A DNA stretch of 57,447 bases from Pirellulales bacterium. GTDB taxonomy: Bacteria > Planctomycetota > Planctomycetia > Pirellulales > UBA1268. The notes below the pieces were generated by a model. The model was not told where the DNA came from. It ran no database searches and saw only the letters and a program-made list of their open reading frames with translations. Made by a program: the position numbers and the translations under genes. Below, one piece after another: positions 27,634-35,802 of this stretch. The first letter of the stretch is position 1; each line of letters starts with the position of its first letter. The stretch lies in the NCBI GenBank assembly GCA_044336985.1, contig JBIIOK010000004.1, positions 1-57,447 of the forward strand, in the 5' to 3' direction.

Positions 27634-27702
27634 GGGGATGGCCTCGACTATTGTTGCGGGGGCTGTGCCGGTATTCTTTCCGGCGAAATGTAGCAAACAG
27701 CG

Positions 27703-27768
27703 AAGGAATCAGCGCCACCCAGCCGTCACCCAAGCGTCACCCAAGCGCCACCCAAGGAATCAGCGCCA
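27703..27768 (+). repeat. 4 x 11-bp tandem repeat between two 15-bp direct repeats
   Basis: cgccacccagc, cgtcacccaag, cgtcacccaag, cgccacccaag at 27713-27756; aaggaatcagcgcca at 27703 and 27754. Confidence 0.8.
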
Positions 27769-28973
27769 TGAAAGAGCACGAACTCGTCCGCGAACTCGCC
27801 GAGAAGAATTCCTCCAAGATCGTCATGCTCGTGGCCGACGGGCTGGGCGGGTTGCCTATGGAGCCGGGCGGCAGGACCGAACTCGAGACCGCCTCCACCC
27901 CCAACCTCGACCGGCTCGCCGCCCGTGGCACGAGCGGGTCGAGCGTGCCCGTGCTTCCGGGCATCACGCCGGGGTCGGGGCCCGGCCACCTGGGTCTCTT
28001 TGGCTACGACCCGCTCGAATTCAAGATCGGCCGCGGCGCCCTGGAGGCCACCGGGATCGGCTTCGAGCTCGGCCCGGACGACGTGGCCGCCCGCGGCAAT
28101 TTCTGCACGCTCGACGCCGGCGGGCTGATCGCCGACCGCCGCGCCGGGCGGATTCCCTCGGAGGAGAGCTTCAAGGTCATCGAGCGGCTCCAGGGGGTGA
28201 AGATCGATGGGGTCGAGACGTTCGTGAAGCCCGTGAAGGAGCACCGATTCGTCGTCGTCTTCCGCGGAAAAGGTCTCGATGGCGGCGTCGCCGACACCGA
28301 TCCGCAGGCTCTGGGCGTGGCCCCGCTCGATCCCCAGCCGCTCACGCCGGCCGCCCGGCGGACGGCCGAGGTGGCCGCAGAATTCGTCCGGCAGGCGCGG
28401 GCGATTCTCAAGAGCGAGCCCAAGGCAAACGGCCTCGTCCTCCGTGGATTCGCGGCCAAGCCGGCCCTGCCGACCTACGAGCAGCTCTACGGACTCCGGG
28501 CTGCGGCGATTGCCGTCTACCCGATGTACAAGGGGCTGGCTCGGCTCGTTGGGATGACGCTCGTGGGCAAGGCCCAGTCGCTCGACGAGCAGATCGACGA
28601 GCTCGCGAAGTGCTGGAACGACTACGACTTCTTCTTCCTGCACTTCAAATACACCGATTCCACCGGTGAGGACGGGGCGTTCGAGCAGAAGGTGAAGCGG
28701 GTCGAGGAGCTCGATCGCATCATCCCGCGGATCGAGAAATTGCGGCCGGACGTGCTGATCGTCACGGGCGACCACTCGACGCCGAGCCTGCTCAAGAGCC
28801 ACAGCTGGCACCCCGTGCCGACGCTGCTCTCGGCCAACACCTGTCGCCCCGATGGACTGACGAAATTCTCCGAGCGAGAGTGCCTCCGCGGCGGCTTCGG
28901 CATCTTCCCGGCCAAGCACTTGATGCTTTTGGCCATGGCCCACGCGCAGCGGTTTGGCAAGTACGGGGCCTAG
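27768..28973 (+). CDS. apgM: 2,3-bisphosphoglycerate-independent phosphoglycerate mutase (ApgM type)
   Basis: DGLGG, TPNLD, PGSGPGHLGLFGYDP, GRGALEA, DRRAGRI, TGDHSTP. Confidence 0.93.
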   Translation: MKEHELVRELAEKNSSKIVMLVADGLGGLPMEPGGRTELETASTPNLDRLAARGTSGSSVPVLPGITPGSGPGHLGLFGYDPLEFKIGRGALEATGIGFELGPDDVAARGNFCTLDAGGLIADRRAGRIPSEESFKVIERLQGVKIDGVETFVKPVKEHRFVVVFRGKGLDGGVADTDPQALGVAPLDPQPLTPAARRTAEVAAEFVRQARAILKSEPKANGLVLRGFAAKPALPTYEQLYGLRAAAIAVYPMYKGLARLVGMTLVGKAQSLDEQIDELAKCWNDYDFFFLHFKYTDSTGEDGAFEQKVKRVEELDRIIPRIEKLRPDVLIVTGDHSTPSLLKSHSWHPVPTLLSANTCRPDGLTKFSERECLRGGFGIFPAKHLMLLAMAHAQRFGKYGA

Positions 28974-28994
28974 TAGGACAGGCTTCAGCCTGTC
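28973..28994 (+). repeat. Family A REP overlapping the last base of the apgM stop
   Basis: gtaggacaggcttcagcctgtc. Confidence 0.9.
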
Positions 28995-29008
28995 GACGGC
29001 AAGCCTAC

Positions 29009-29103
29009 TGGGGCGAATCGCTCCACCCTTGGTCGCCGGCGCTGGGGCGATTCGCTCCAGCGCCGGTCGCCAGCGACCAGCCCGGCTGGAGCGAATCGCC
29101 TCG
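29009..29103. repeat. Three copies of a 17-bp palindrome
   Basis: tggggcgaatcgctcca (29009), tggggcgattcgctcca (29043), tggagcgaatcgcctcg (29087). Confidence 0.7.
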
Positions 29104-29232
29104 TCGACATTTTTGTGCGTCTTCCCCCGGCGTGGCTTTAGAAAAAAATCGACGACGACAAACGGATTTTTCTCGGCCTGCATCCGCTTTCTTCGCCTTC
29201 CGGGCGGCGATGTTGCAGGGCCTCAGGCGGAA

Positions 29233-29250
29233 TTGGCACGCCATGTGCAT
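29233..29250 (+). promoter_or_regulatory. Sigma54 -24/-12 promoter
   Basis: tTGGCACGccatgTGCAt; GG-N10-GC spacing exact, one mismatch to TGGCACG-N4-TTGCW. Confidence 0.75.
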
Positions 29251-29347
29251 TTCTTGAACGCGGCGAGGGGCAACACGACCTCGCTCGCCGGTGGTTTGAA
29301 CACCGCGGCGCGGCTGGTTTTGGAACGCCTGTTTCAGGAGAACGCTC

Positions 29348-29461
29348 ATGAAGTCCTCTGTCTCGGTGCCATCGACGAACCGTTGGTCGCTCACGCGGGC
29401 CGACGTCGTGCTTTGCGCGCTGCCGATTGCCCTGTTTCTGTCGATCGTTTCGCTCGTCTGA
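29348..29461 (+). CDS. 37-aa small membrane peptide
   Basis: Below ORF-track cutoff; AGGAG 7 nt upstream; MKSSVSVPSTNRWSLTRADVVLCALPIALFLSIVSLV. Confidence 0.55.
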   Translation: MKSSVSVPSTNRWSLTRADVVLCALPIALFLSIVSLV

Positions 29462-29525
29462 TGTCGTGACTGCTGTTCGTGGTTCTGGTGGTCCTGCTGG
29501 AATGACAGAAGTGAAAGGATGCCCA

Positions 29526-29942
29526 ATGCCTCGTTGCCGTAGTTCGTTCCTGTCCCGCGCCTCCCGCGCATTTTCGTCGCTGGCGGTCAGTTGCGTGTTG
29601 ACGCTCCTGACGCTCCTGTTTTTGACGCTGGGATTGCTGCAAGACACGCACGCTGACGGAGTTAACGTCGGGGTGGTGAATGCCGCGATCCCCGCTGTCA
29701 CGGTGCCGGATATCGATCGGGCGGTAAGGCCTGTCGTCTGGCAGTCAACGCAGTCTCGCGAGGCGATCACGCTACCCTGGATTTCCCGCCGGGGAGTGTC
29801 GCCCCGCAGCAAGGAGAGTCCGGCAAGGGAGCTGTTCGGCCTTTCAAAAGTCGCTTTTCCCCTGCTGGTGAGTGACGTGGTGCCGGCCGATGCATCGGCC
29901 AGATCCGAGGTGATGTCGGGCCGCACCGTTGGGGTGCGATAG
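29526..29942 (+). CDS. Hypothetical protein with signal peptide or TM helix
   Basis: AAAGGA RBS; basic N-terminus followed by VLTLLTLLFLTLGLL. Confidence 0.5.
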   Translation: MPRCRSSFLSRASRAFSSLAVSCVLTLLTLLFLTLGLLQDTHADGVNVGVVNAAIPAVTVPDIDRAVRPVVWQSTQSREAITLPWISRRGVSPRSKESPARELFGLSKVAFPLLVSDVVPADASARSEVMSGRTVGVR

Positions 29943-30003
29943 CGGTCCCGTTCGTTCAATCCATCGAAATCTCTTCATTGAAATCGCAACTTGGAGCATG
30001 CTC

Positions 30004-30528
30004 ATGAATACGGTCAACCCAAACAATAACAATGCGACAGGTAATCGCAGTTCGCTGAGGGCGCTGGGGATCAACGAGATCGTCATCGTCGATCCCTCCT
30101 GCGACCGCTATAGCGACTTCGTGCAGGCCGCGCAGGCCGGCGACGTGGGGCTCCACTTCTGCTGCGACGGCCGTTCGGCAGTGCGGATGGCTCGGCGCTT
30201 CCGCGCCGACGTCTGGCTCGTGAGTTCCGAGCTGCAAGACATGTCCGGCTTCGATCTGCTCGAGATGCTTTCTCCGCATGTCGTACAAGGAAATGTCGAC
30301 CCGATGCTGGCCGGATCGCGGATTTCGCTTGGTCGGATTGGCGAGGCGGCCCGTTCGGCTGTCTTCATCGTCGGCGATGAATATCGCCTCGAGGAGGAGC
30401 AGCGGGCATTGGCCTCCGGCATCGCCGGCTATCTCGTTCGCCCCGTCACGCTCGACGTGATCAGGGCCACGCGGTCGCCGGCCGATTCCTCGTTGCTGCC
30501 GATCTCGATGCCCGTGACACAATCGTAA
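30004..30528 (+). CDS. Atypical (pseudo-)receiver domain protein 1
   Basis: IVIVDP, DGRSAV, ADVWLVS, DMSGFDLL, GIAGYLVRP; phospho-Asp position is Ser, Lys is Arg. Confidence 0.78.
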   Translation: MNTVNPNNNNATGNRSSLRALGINEIVIVDPSCDRYSDFVQAAQAGDVGLHFCCDGRSAVRMARRFRADVWLVSSELQDMSGFDLLEMLSPHVVQGNVDPMLAGSRISLGRIGEAARSAVFIVGDEYRLEEEQRALASGIAGYLVRPVTLDVIRATRSPADSSLLPISMPVTQS

Positions 30529-30642
30529 GCCAAGGTTCGTTCCTGTCCGGCTCGTCTGGTTCTTGTCCGTCTTTTCTCTTCTTTGATCTGCAGCCCGTTT
30601 GACTTGTCTTTTTGGGGATAGGGTTTTTTGGGGGATTTTCCC

Positions 30643-31176
30643 ATGAGCAGTGCCGCGCACACGCGGAACGATGCCGTTTCCGGCATGTCCAGTTCCATGG
30701 TCCCGAATGTGGTCGTCGTGGACCCGCACTTTGAGTCCTATAAGCCTCTGGCCGCCAGCGCCCGGCTTGGGAAGTTGAACCTGCATCTCCGCTCCAGTGG
30801 CGTCGATGCCCTGAAACTCGCTCAACACCGTCGAGTGGATGCCTGGCTCGTCGCGCTCGAGCTCGACGACATGTCCGGGCACGACTTTCTCGAACTTCTG
30901 CAGTCGCGGCTGGAGGGCTCGAAGGCCGCGATCGTCCAGACTGTGGAAAGTCGTGGCCGCGATAGGGACATCGCCGTTCGCGAGGCGGCCGAGGTGGGAG
31001 CGGATTCGCTCCTGTCGGCGCCGATCACGTTCCGCGACCTGGAGCGGCTGCTCGGTTTGGTCGGTGCTGGCCAGAGGCCCCTTGCAGACGATTCTGATAC
31101 CATTCGGGCATTCGTGACGTTGCCCGTCGGCGTTGGCGCCGCGGTCGTTGCCATCGCCGTTTTGATGATGGGCTAA
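30643..31176 (+). CDS. Atypical (pseudo-)receiver domain protein 2 with C-terminal TM anchor
   Basis: VVVVDP, SGVDAL, VDAWLVA, DMSGHDFL, GADSLLSAP; hydrophobic tail VGVGAAVVAIAVLMMG. Confidence 0.78.
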   Translation: MSSAAHTRNDAVSGMSSSMVPNVVVVDPHFESYKPLAASARLGKLNLHLRSSGVDALKLAQHRRVDAWLVALELDDMSGHDFLELLQSRLEGSKAAIVQTVESRGRDRDIAVREAAEVGADSLLSAPITFRDLERLLGLVGAGQRPLADDSDTIRAFVTLPVGVGAAVVAIAVLMMG

Positions 31177-31220
31177 TTGCCAGTCAAGGAGTCTCGGTCC
31201 TGAGTCGTTGCACAGGAATC

Positions 31221-31454
31221 ATGTGTGCCATTGCAGCGCTCGCCCTGCTCACGCCTGGCGGGCGTGTGCATGCGCAGAATGACTGGCAATACCCCGACCC
31301 GTATTTCGGGATCCTCGAGATCGAAAAGTCGCGGCGTCCGGCGGCCGTTCGACGGTATGACGCCGAGGCCAGGCCCGGCCCGAAGCCGCAGGCCCAAGCC
31401 CGGCCGCCCCGTTTGTTTCGTCCGCGTCCCGTCAAGCGATCCGCGGGCCGCTGA
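31221..31454 (+). CDS. Small secreted basic hypothetical protein
   Basis: AGGA upstream; signal-like VHA-Q; NDWQYPDPYFG then Arg/Pro-rich tail. Confidence 0.5.
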   Translation: MCAIAALALLTPGGRVHAQNDWQYPDPYFGILEIEKSRRPAAVRRYDAEARPGPKPQAQARPPRLFRPRPVKRSAGR

Positions 31455-31465
31455 AGAGCCAGGGC

Positions 31466-32815
31466 TTACCAACGGGTCTCGACGCCGAGGCCGCCCAGGT
31501 CGGCCATCGGCAGCGGCACGACGCTCACCTCCATCCCGCCGAAATGGAGCTCCGTATTGCTGACTGCCCGCGAGCTGGCCCACGCGAGGTACCAGCCGAG
31601 GAAGACCTGCGACGGGAAGTGTGAATCGGTCGTCATGCGCGAGAATCCGACGAACGTCGAGCAGACGTAGAGCGCTCCCTTTGCCAGCGGGCTCTCCACC
31701 ATGTCGGCCGCCGCAAGGAATGGGATCGCTCCGACGAAGGCATGGCCGCTCACGCCGTTGTCATCCTGGAAGAACTTCCACTGGCTTCCGGCCGAGCTGT
31801 TTTCGAGGGGACGCGACGCACCGGTGGCCAGCTGCATGACATAGACCGGCGGCGCGCCGACGATGAACATGCGCAGTGAACGCGAGCCCCATTCGCCCAG
31901 CACGTCGCCGCCAGGCTGGCCCTCGAAGACGAGCCCGGTGAGGCCCGCCACGCCGAAGATGGCCAATGCATACCGCCCCTCGCCGATATCCTTGCAGCCC
32001 CGGAAGAACGTGCCGACATCGGTGGGTTCCACGCTTTGTTGCCAGGCATCCTGCATCGTCATGTCGAAGCCGGTGTTGGCCATCAAGGCGCCGGCGCCGA
32101 AGGCACCGGTGATGCAGACGAGGCTTTCGCAGGAATAGAAGTTGCGGTAATCCTCCAGCACCTTGTAGCCGAACCGCGCCGCCCGCGGATGCTTGCTATG
32201 GGCCCACGGGGGCTCGTTGCGAGCGGCGAGCATGCTCTCCCCGGTGAGCGGCGGCAGTGAGTAGACCGGCTCCGTCGTCGGGGCCATTCGCGCGGCGAAT
32301 TGGGTGGTGATGTTCCTCCTGTCGCCGTTCCATGAGGCGGCGGGCCAGCCGCCGGTGAGTTCCACTCGGCCGGGGACGTCGGCCTCTTGGGCCGCGGCGA
32401 TCGCCTGTGTCTCGACGATCACATCGATCCAGGCTCCGTGTGCGGTGGGGACGACACGCACGACCACCCGCTGCCGTCGCGGTGGCCAGGCCGCCGCGGC
32501 GATCGGCAGCGATCCCGGCGCAGGGGGTTCACCGGGTGGCTCGACCCAGGCCGATTCGATGACGCCCTCGCGGGGCGGCGTCGACGTGAAGTCGGGCTCG
32601 ACCGCCCGCACGATCGGCCAGTCGGTGGCAACCGTGGCCAAAGTCTGCCGCCAGAGGAGCCTGCCGTTCTCGCTCGGCAGGAACATGCCCCCGGCATCTT
32701 CCGCGGCGGGGGTCGCCGGCGGCTCGTCGGCCCAGGCGAGCGACGCGGAGATTGCGATCACGAGCGCCGATAGCGCCGCGCGCGCGAACGCCGATCGCTT
32801 CACCGCGTCGAACAT
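31466..32815 (-). CDS. PAP2-family phosphatase with long exported N-terminal region
   Basis: SRP, SGHAF, SRMTTDSHFPSQV; signal peptide ending AWA; ATG 32836 also possible. Confidence 0.82.
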   Translation of the reverse strand: MFDAVKRSAFARAALSALVIAISASLAWADEPPATPAAEDAGGMFLPSENGRLLWRQTLATVATDWPIVRAVEPDFTSTPPREGVIESAWVEPPGEPPAPGSLPIAAAAWPPRRQRVVVRVVPTAHGAWIDVIVETQAIAAAQEADVPGRVELTGGWPAASWNGDRRNITTQFAARMAPTTEPVYSLPPLTGESMLAARNEPPWAHSKHPRAARFGYKVLEDYRNFYSCESLVCITGAFGAGALMANTGFDMTMQDAWQQSVEPTDVGTFFRGCKDIGEGRYALAIFGVAGLTGLVFEGQPGGDVLGEWGSRSLRMFIVGAPPVYVMQLATGASRPLENSSAGSQWKFFQDDNGVSGHAFVGAIPFLAAADMVESPLAKGALYVCSTFVGFSRMTTDSHFPSQVFLGWYLAWASSRAVSNTELHFGGMEVSVVPLPMADLGGLGVETRW

Positions 32816-32901
32816 GTGGAACGGATTGGGGGGCATCGGTGGGGGGGGGAATGTCCCAGCCGACGCCCCGCGGGGCAAGGCGTTTTTGGGGCCTGAAAAC
32901 A

Positions 32902-33073
32902 CGCCCAATCCGGCCCGAGGCTGCCTGTACCCTCTCGGCGGACGTTCGCTGCGGACATCCTGTCCTCCGCCAGCATGCCCGCTCGCCAGCCAGAGCGCCT
33001 CCGCTTGGGCATCCTGCCTACGCTCGCGAGCAATAGCCCGCGAGAAGGTACAGGCAGCCCCGGGCCTACCCGC
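32902..33073 (+). repeat. Family C element, copy 3
   Basis: Stem ggcccgaggctgcctgtacc / ggtacaggcagccccgggcc with conserved core. Confidence 0.88.
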
Positions 33074-33080
33074 GTCTGAA

Positions 33081-33127
33081 GTAGGACAGGCTTCAGCCTG
33101 TCTCAGACAGGCTGAAGCCTGTCCTAC
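33081..33127. repeat. Family A REP inverted doublet
   Basis: 33081-33102 and 33106-33127. Confidence 0.92.
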
Positions 33128-33135
33128 ATCGGGGA

Positions 33136-33348
33136 GGCTTCGGGTGACCCGTGCCCCGGGAGCCGGCGGTGCTGACAAGCTACGGAAGCCCGCAGCGCAA
33201 GCAAGGTCCATCCGCTCTCCACTTCGACCAGTTACGCTCCCACCTGCCCCGCGAGAAACGCCCCCAACTCTCCTCGCTCGCGCGTCGGGCTTCCGTACCG
33301 TCCGTAGCGAGCGTCCGGCGACGGGTCACCCGAAGCCGGTTTTTGGCG
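33136..33348 (-). repeat. Family C element, copy 4, centre replaced by a family D element
   Basis: Arms 33136-33180 and 33298-33348 match the reverse complement of copy 2. Confidence 0.82.
33181..33297. mobile_element. Family D MITE-like element (117 bp)
   Basis: Terminal inverted repeats tacggaagcccg / cgggcttccgta extending imperfectly to 26 bp; interior similar to 49011-49126; mobility is inferred. Confidence 0.65.
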
Positions 33349-33359
33349 CGTGAGCGTGC

Positions 33360-33381
33360 GACAGGCTGAAGCCTGTCCTAC
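33360..33381 (-). repeat. Family A REP containing the TAG stop of the HlyD gene
   Basis: gacaggctgaagcctgtcctac; stop at 33378-80. Confidence 0.9.
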
Positions 33382-34508
33382 TGATTCGGCGGGGCTTCGA
33401 TGAAGACTTCCATCTGCTGGCCGACGAAGAGCGGCGGCCGGTCGGCGGGGTCGCACTCGTAGATGACCTGCAGCACCCGCGTGTCCACCCGCTCCGTGTT
33501 GTCGCCGGTGAGCGATTTCTTCGGCACGACGAACGGCTCGACCCGGACGAACTCGAGCGGATACCGCTCCTGGAGGCTGCCGCGCGGCACGGCGGAGGCC
33601 TTGGCGTTGCTTGCGAATCGGGAGATGTCAAACTCGTCGATGTCGACCCGCACGTGGAGCCGCTCGATGTTGCCGAGGATCACGAGCGGCTGGCCCGGCG
33701 GGGCGCCGACGAACTCTCCCGGATGCACGTTCACCTGAAGGACCCGCCCGGCCACGAGCGACCGAACGATCAGCCGATCGAGATCCGTCTCGATCTTGGC
33801 CACCTCCGCCTCCGACTTCGAGACACCAGCGCGGGTGACGTCGCGGTCGTATTCCCAGGAGCCGGCCTTGAGCAGCGCAAGATCGGCCTGCGACCGCTCG
33901 AGATTGGCCTGCGCAGCCGCGAGCGCCTCGCGCCGCGCGATCAGTTCCTGTTCGGTCGTGACCTTGCGGGCGAACGTGTCCTCGGTGCGACGCAAGGCGT
34001 CGGTCTCGCGGGCCACGTTTGCCTGCGCCTCGTTGACTTGAGCCACGAGCACCGGGATTTTTTCCTTGCGGGGCTCCGCCTCGAGCCGCACCAGTTCGCT
34101 CTTTGACTGCGCCACCGCGGCCCGCTTCACGGCGAGTTCCCCCTGCAGCTGCCGGTCGTCGAGGCGGAAGAGCGGCTTGCCCGGCTGCACTTCGTCTCCG
34201 ACCTTGACGAGCACCTCCGTCACGACGCCCGGCGTCGCCGACCCGACGGCGATGTTCTCCGTCTGGGCCTCCACCACGCCGGCTGCCGCGAGCGTCGCGG
34301 CGAACGGGCTGCGGGCCGGCTCGATCGGCGGTGGCGGCGTCTGCACGATCACGCGGTTTCGCCAGACATACCAGCCCGCAAAGCCCAAGAGCGAGAGGGC
34401 GACGAGCGGCAGGACGAACTGCGTCACGAAGTCTCCGTCGCTGCGGCGACGGTTCAGCCGCGGCTTTCCGCGGGCGGGCGGCGCAATGTCGTCGGGAGCG
34501 ACCGCCAT
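33378..34508 (-). CDS. HlyD/DevB-type membrane fusion protein
   Basis: TM anchor, lipoyl half-motifs (VKVGDEVQPGKPLF, GRVLQVNVHPGEFV), coiled coil, ERVDTRVLQV. Confidence 0.9.
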   Translation of the reverse strand: MAVAPDDIAPPARGKPRLNRRRSDGDFVTQFVLPLVALSLLGFAGWYVWRNRVIVQTPPPPIEPARSPFAATLAAAGVVEAQTENIAVGSATPGVVTEVLVKVGDEVQPGKPLFRLDDRQLQGELAVKRAAVAQSKSELVRLEAEPRKEKIPVLVAQVNEAQANVARETDALRRTEDTFARKVTTEQELIARREALAAAQANLERSQADLALLKAGSWEYDRDVTRAGVSKSEAEVAKIETDLDRLIVRSLVAGRVLQVNVHPGEFVGAPPGQPLVILGNIERLHVRVDIDEFDISRFASNAKASAVPRGSLQERYPLEFVRVEPFVVPKKSLTGDNTERVDTRVLQVIYECDPADRPPLFVGQQMEVFIEAPPNQ

Positions 34509-34512
34509 GCTG

Positions 34513-35772
34513 TCAGCCTCCGTGGGCCGGGGAAGCCGCCAACTCGGCGTGGGATCTCGCCCAAGCGTCGAGCATCGCCACCTGCTTCGAAAAATCCTGC
34601 TCGGCGACATTGAGCGGGCTCTTGAAGAAGCAGGCGAGCCACTCGATCGCACCGTATTCCCCCGCGCGGCTGGCCCGTTCGATCAGCCGCACGAGGTCGA
34701 GCACCAGCGGCGCCGCGAGGATCGAATCGCAGCCCTGCCAGGTGAATTGGAGCGTCATCGGCGTGCCGAGAAAACCGCGGAAATGGATGTGGTCCCAGGC
34801 CGTCTTCCAGTCGCCCAGGCTCTTGATGTATTCGATCGAGACGTGGGTCTGCGGCGGGTAGCCGAGGATGGCAGCGAGCAGGTGGTCCTTGCTCCGCACC
34901 TTCGCCGCCTTGTTGCGCGGATCGTCGAGCACCTTGCCATCCATGTTGCCGAAGATGTTGTGGCCCACCCAGCTCATCACTTCGAGGTTGCGGGCGGCGA
35001 ACATTGGCGCGAGCACGCTCTTGAGGAGCGTTTCCCCCGTCTTGCCATCGCAGCCCGCGTGGGCGATCCGTAGGTCGCGGGCCACCTGTTGCAGGCAGGC
35101 AGGCGTCGAGCCGGTGGATGGGGTGAAATTGACGTAGGAGGCCCCTGCTTCCGCGGCCGCGAGGAAGTAGAGACTGCTGGCCGGCAGCGGGCACTTCTCC
35201 GCGCTGCCGAGCAGCGGCTCCACGGCGGAGAAATCGTCCGGGATCGGCAGGGCCGGCGGCGGCTCCGTGGACGCGACGTTGACGACGACGACGTGGCCGA
35301 GCCCCTCGGCCTTCTGGAAGGCCTCGATGTCGCCGCGTACGCGGTCGATCGCCGCCCGCGGAGTCTCAACCACGGCCGCCGTGCGCGGGTCGGCGAGGCT
35401 GCGGATGCGGTCTCCAGAGGCGACGAGCGTGCCGGGACGCAGCCTCGACTCGACTTCAGCGAAGAACCCGGCGGCGTCGGCGAGCAATTGCGGGGTGATC
35501 GCCCGGCTCTCCGCCCACATTCGCTGGGCCTCGTCACCGAGCCGCCCGGCGCGGATGTCGTGGCCGCCGACGACGATGTCTTGGAAGTCGACGAGCGCGA
35601 GCCGCGTGAAGGGGTCGAGCGCGGTGACGACGCCCACGGGGTCGATCGCCCCGCGGCGAAGTGCCGCCAGCCCAGTCATCAGCGTCGTGGCGACGCCCCC
35701 CTTCGCCCCGATGAGCCAGAGACCTATTCGCGGGGGAGGGAGCGGGCGCGAGGGAAGGGGCGAAGGCTGCAT
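34513..35772 (-). CDS. ino1: Inositol-3-phosphate (myo-inositol-1-phosphate) synthase
   Basis: LIGAKGGVA, NVASTE, VNFTPS, GCDGKTGET, NIFGNMDG, GDWK, DSILAAPLVLDL. Confidence 0.93.
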   Translation of the reverse strand: MQPSPLPSRPLPPPRIGLWLIGAKGGVATTLMTGLAALRRGAIDPVGVVTALDPFTRLALVDFQDIVVGGHDIRAGRLGDEAQRMWAESRAITPQLLADAAGFFAEVESRLRPGTLVASGDRIRSLADPRTAAVVETPRAAIDRVRGDIEAFQKAEGLGHVVVVNVASTEPPPALPIPDDFSAVEPLLGSAEKCPLPASSLYFLAAAEAGASYVNFTPSTGSTPACLQQVARDLRIAHAGCDGKTGETLLKSVLAPMFAARNLEVMSWVGHNIFGNMDGKVLDDPRNKAAKVRSKDHLLAAILGYPPQTHVSIEYIKSLGDWKTAWDHIHFRGFLGTPMTLQFTWQGCDSILAAPLVLDLVRLIERASRAGEYGAIEWLACFFKSPLNVAEQDFSKQVAMLDAWARSHAELAASPAHGG

Positions 35773-35802
35773 GCAGTCATTCTTTGCCGGATGTGCCCGG
35801 CG

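Noticed and set aside
29005-29959. Minus-strand ORFs 29005-29571 and 29138-29959
   Set aside because: No motifs or RBS, and they oppose the sigma54 promoter and the RBS-bearing plus-strand ORFs
32837-33211. N-terminal extension of the PAP2 ORF with repeated VGQASAC / QAEACPT
   Set aside because: These peptides are translations of family A and C repeats
32902-33381. Possible CRISPR array
   Set aside because: Repeats are inverted and irregularly spaced, with no unique equal-length spacers and no cas genes in the window
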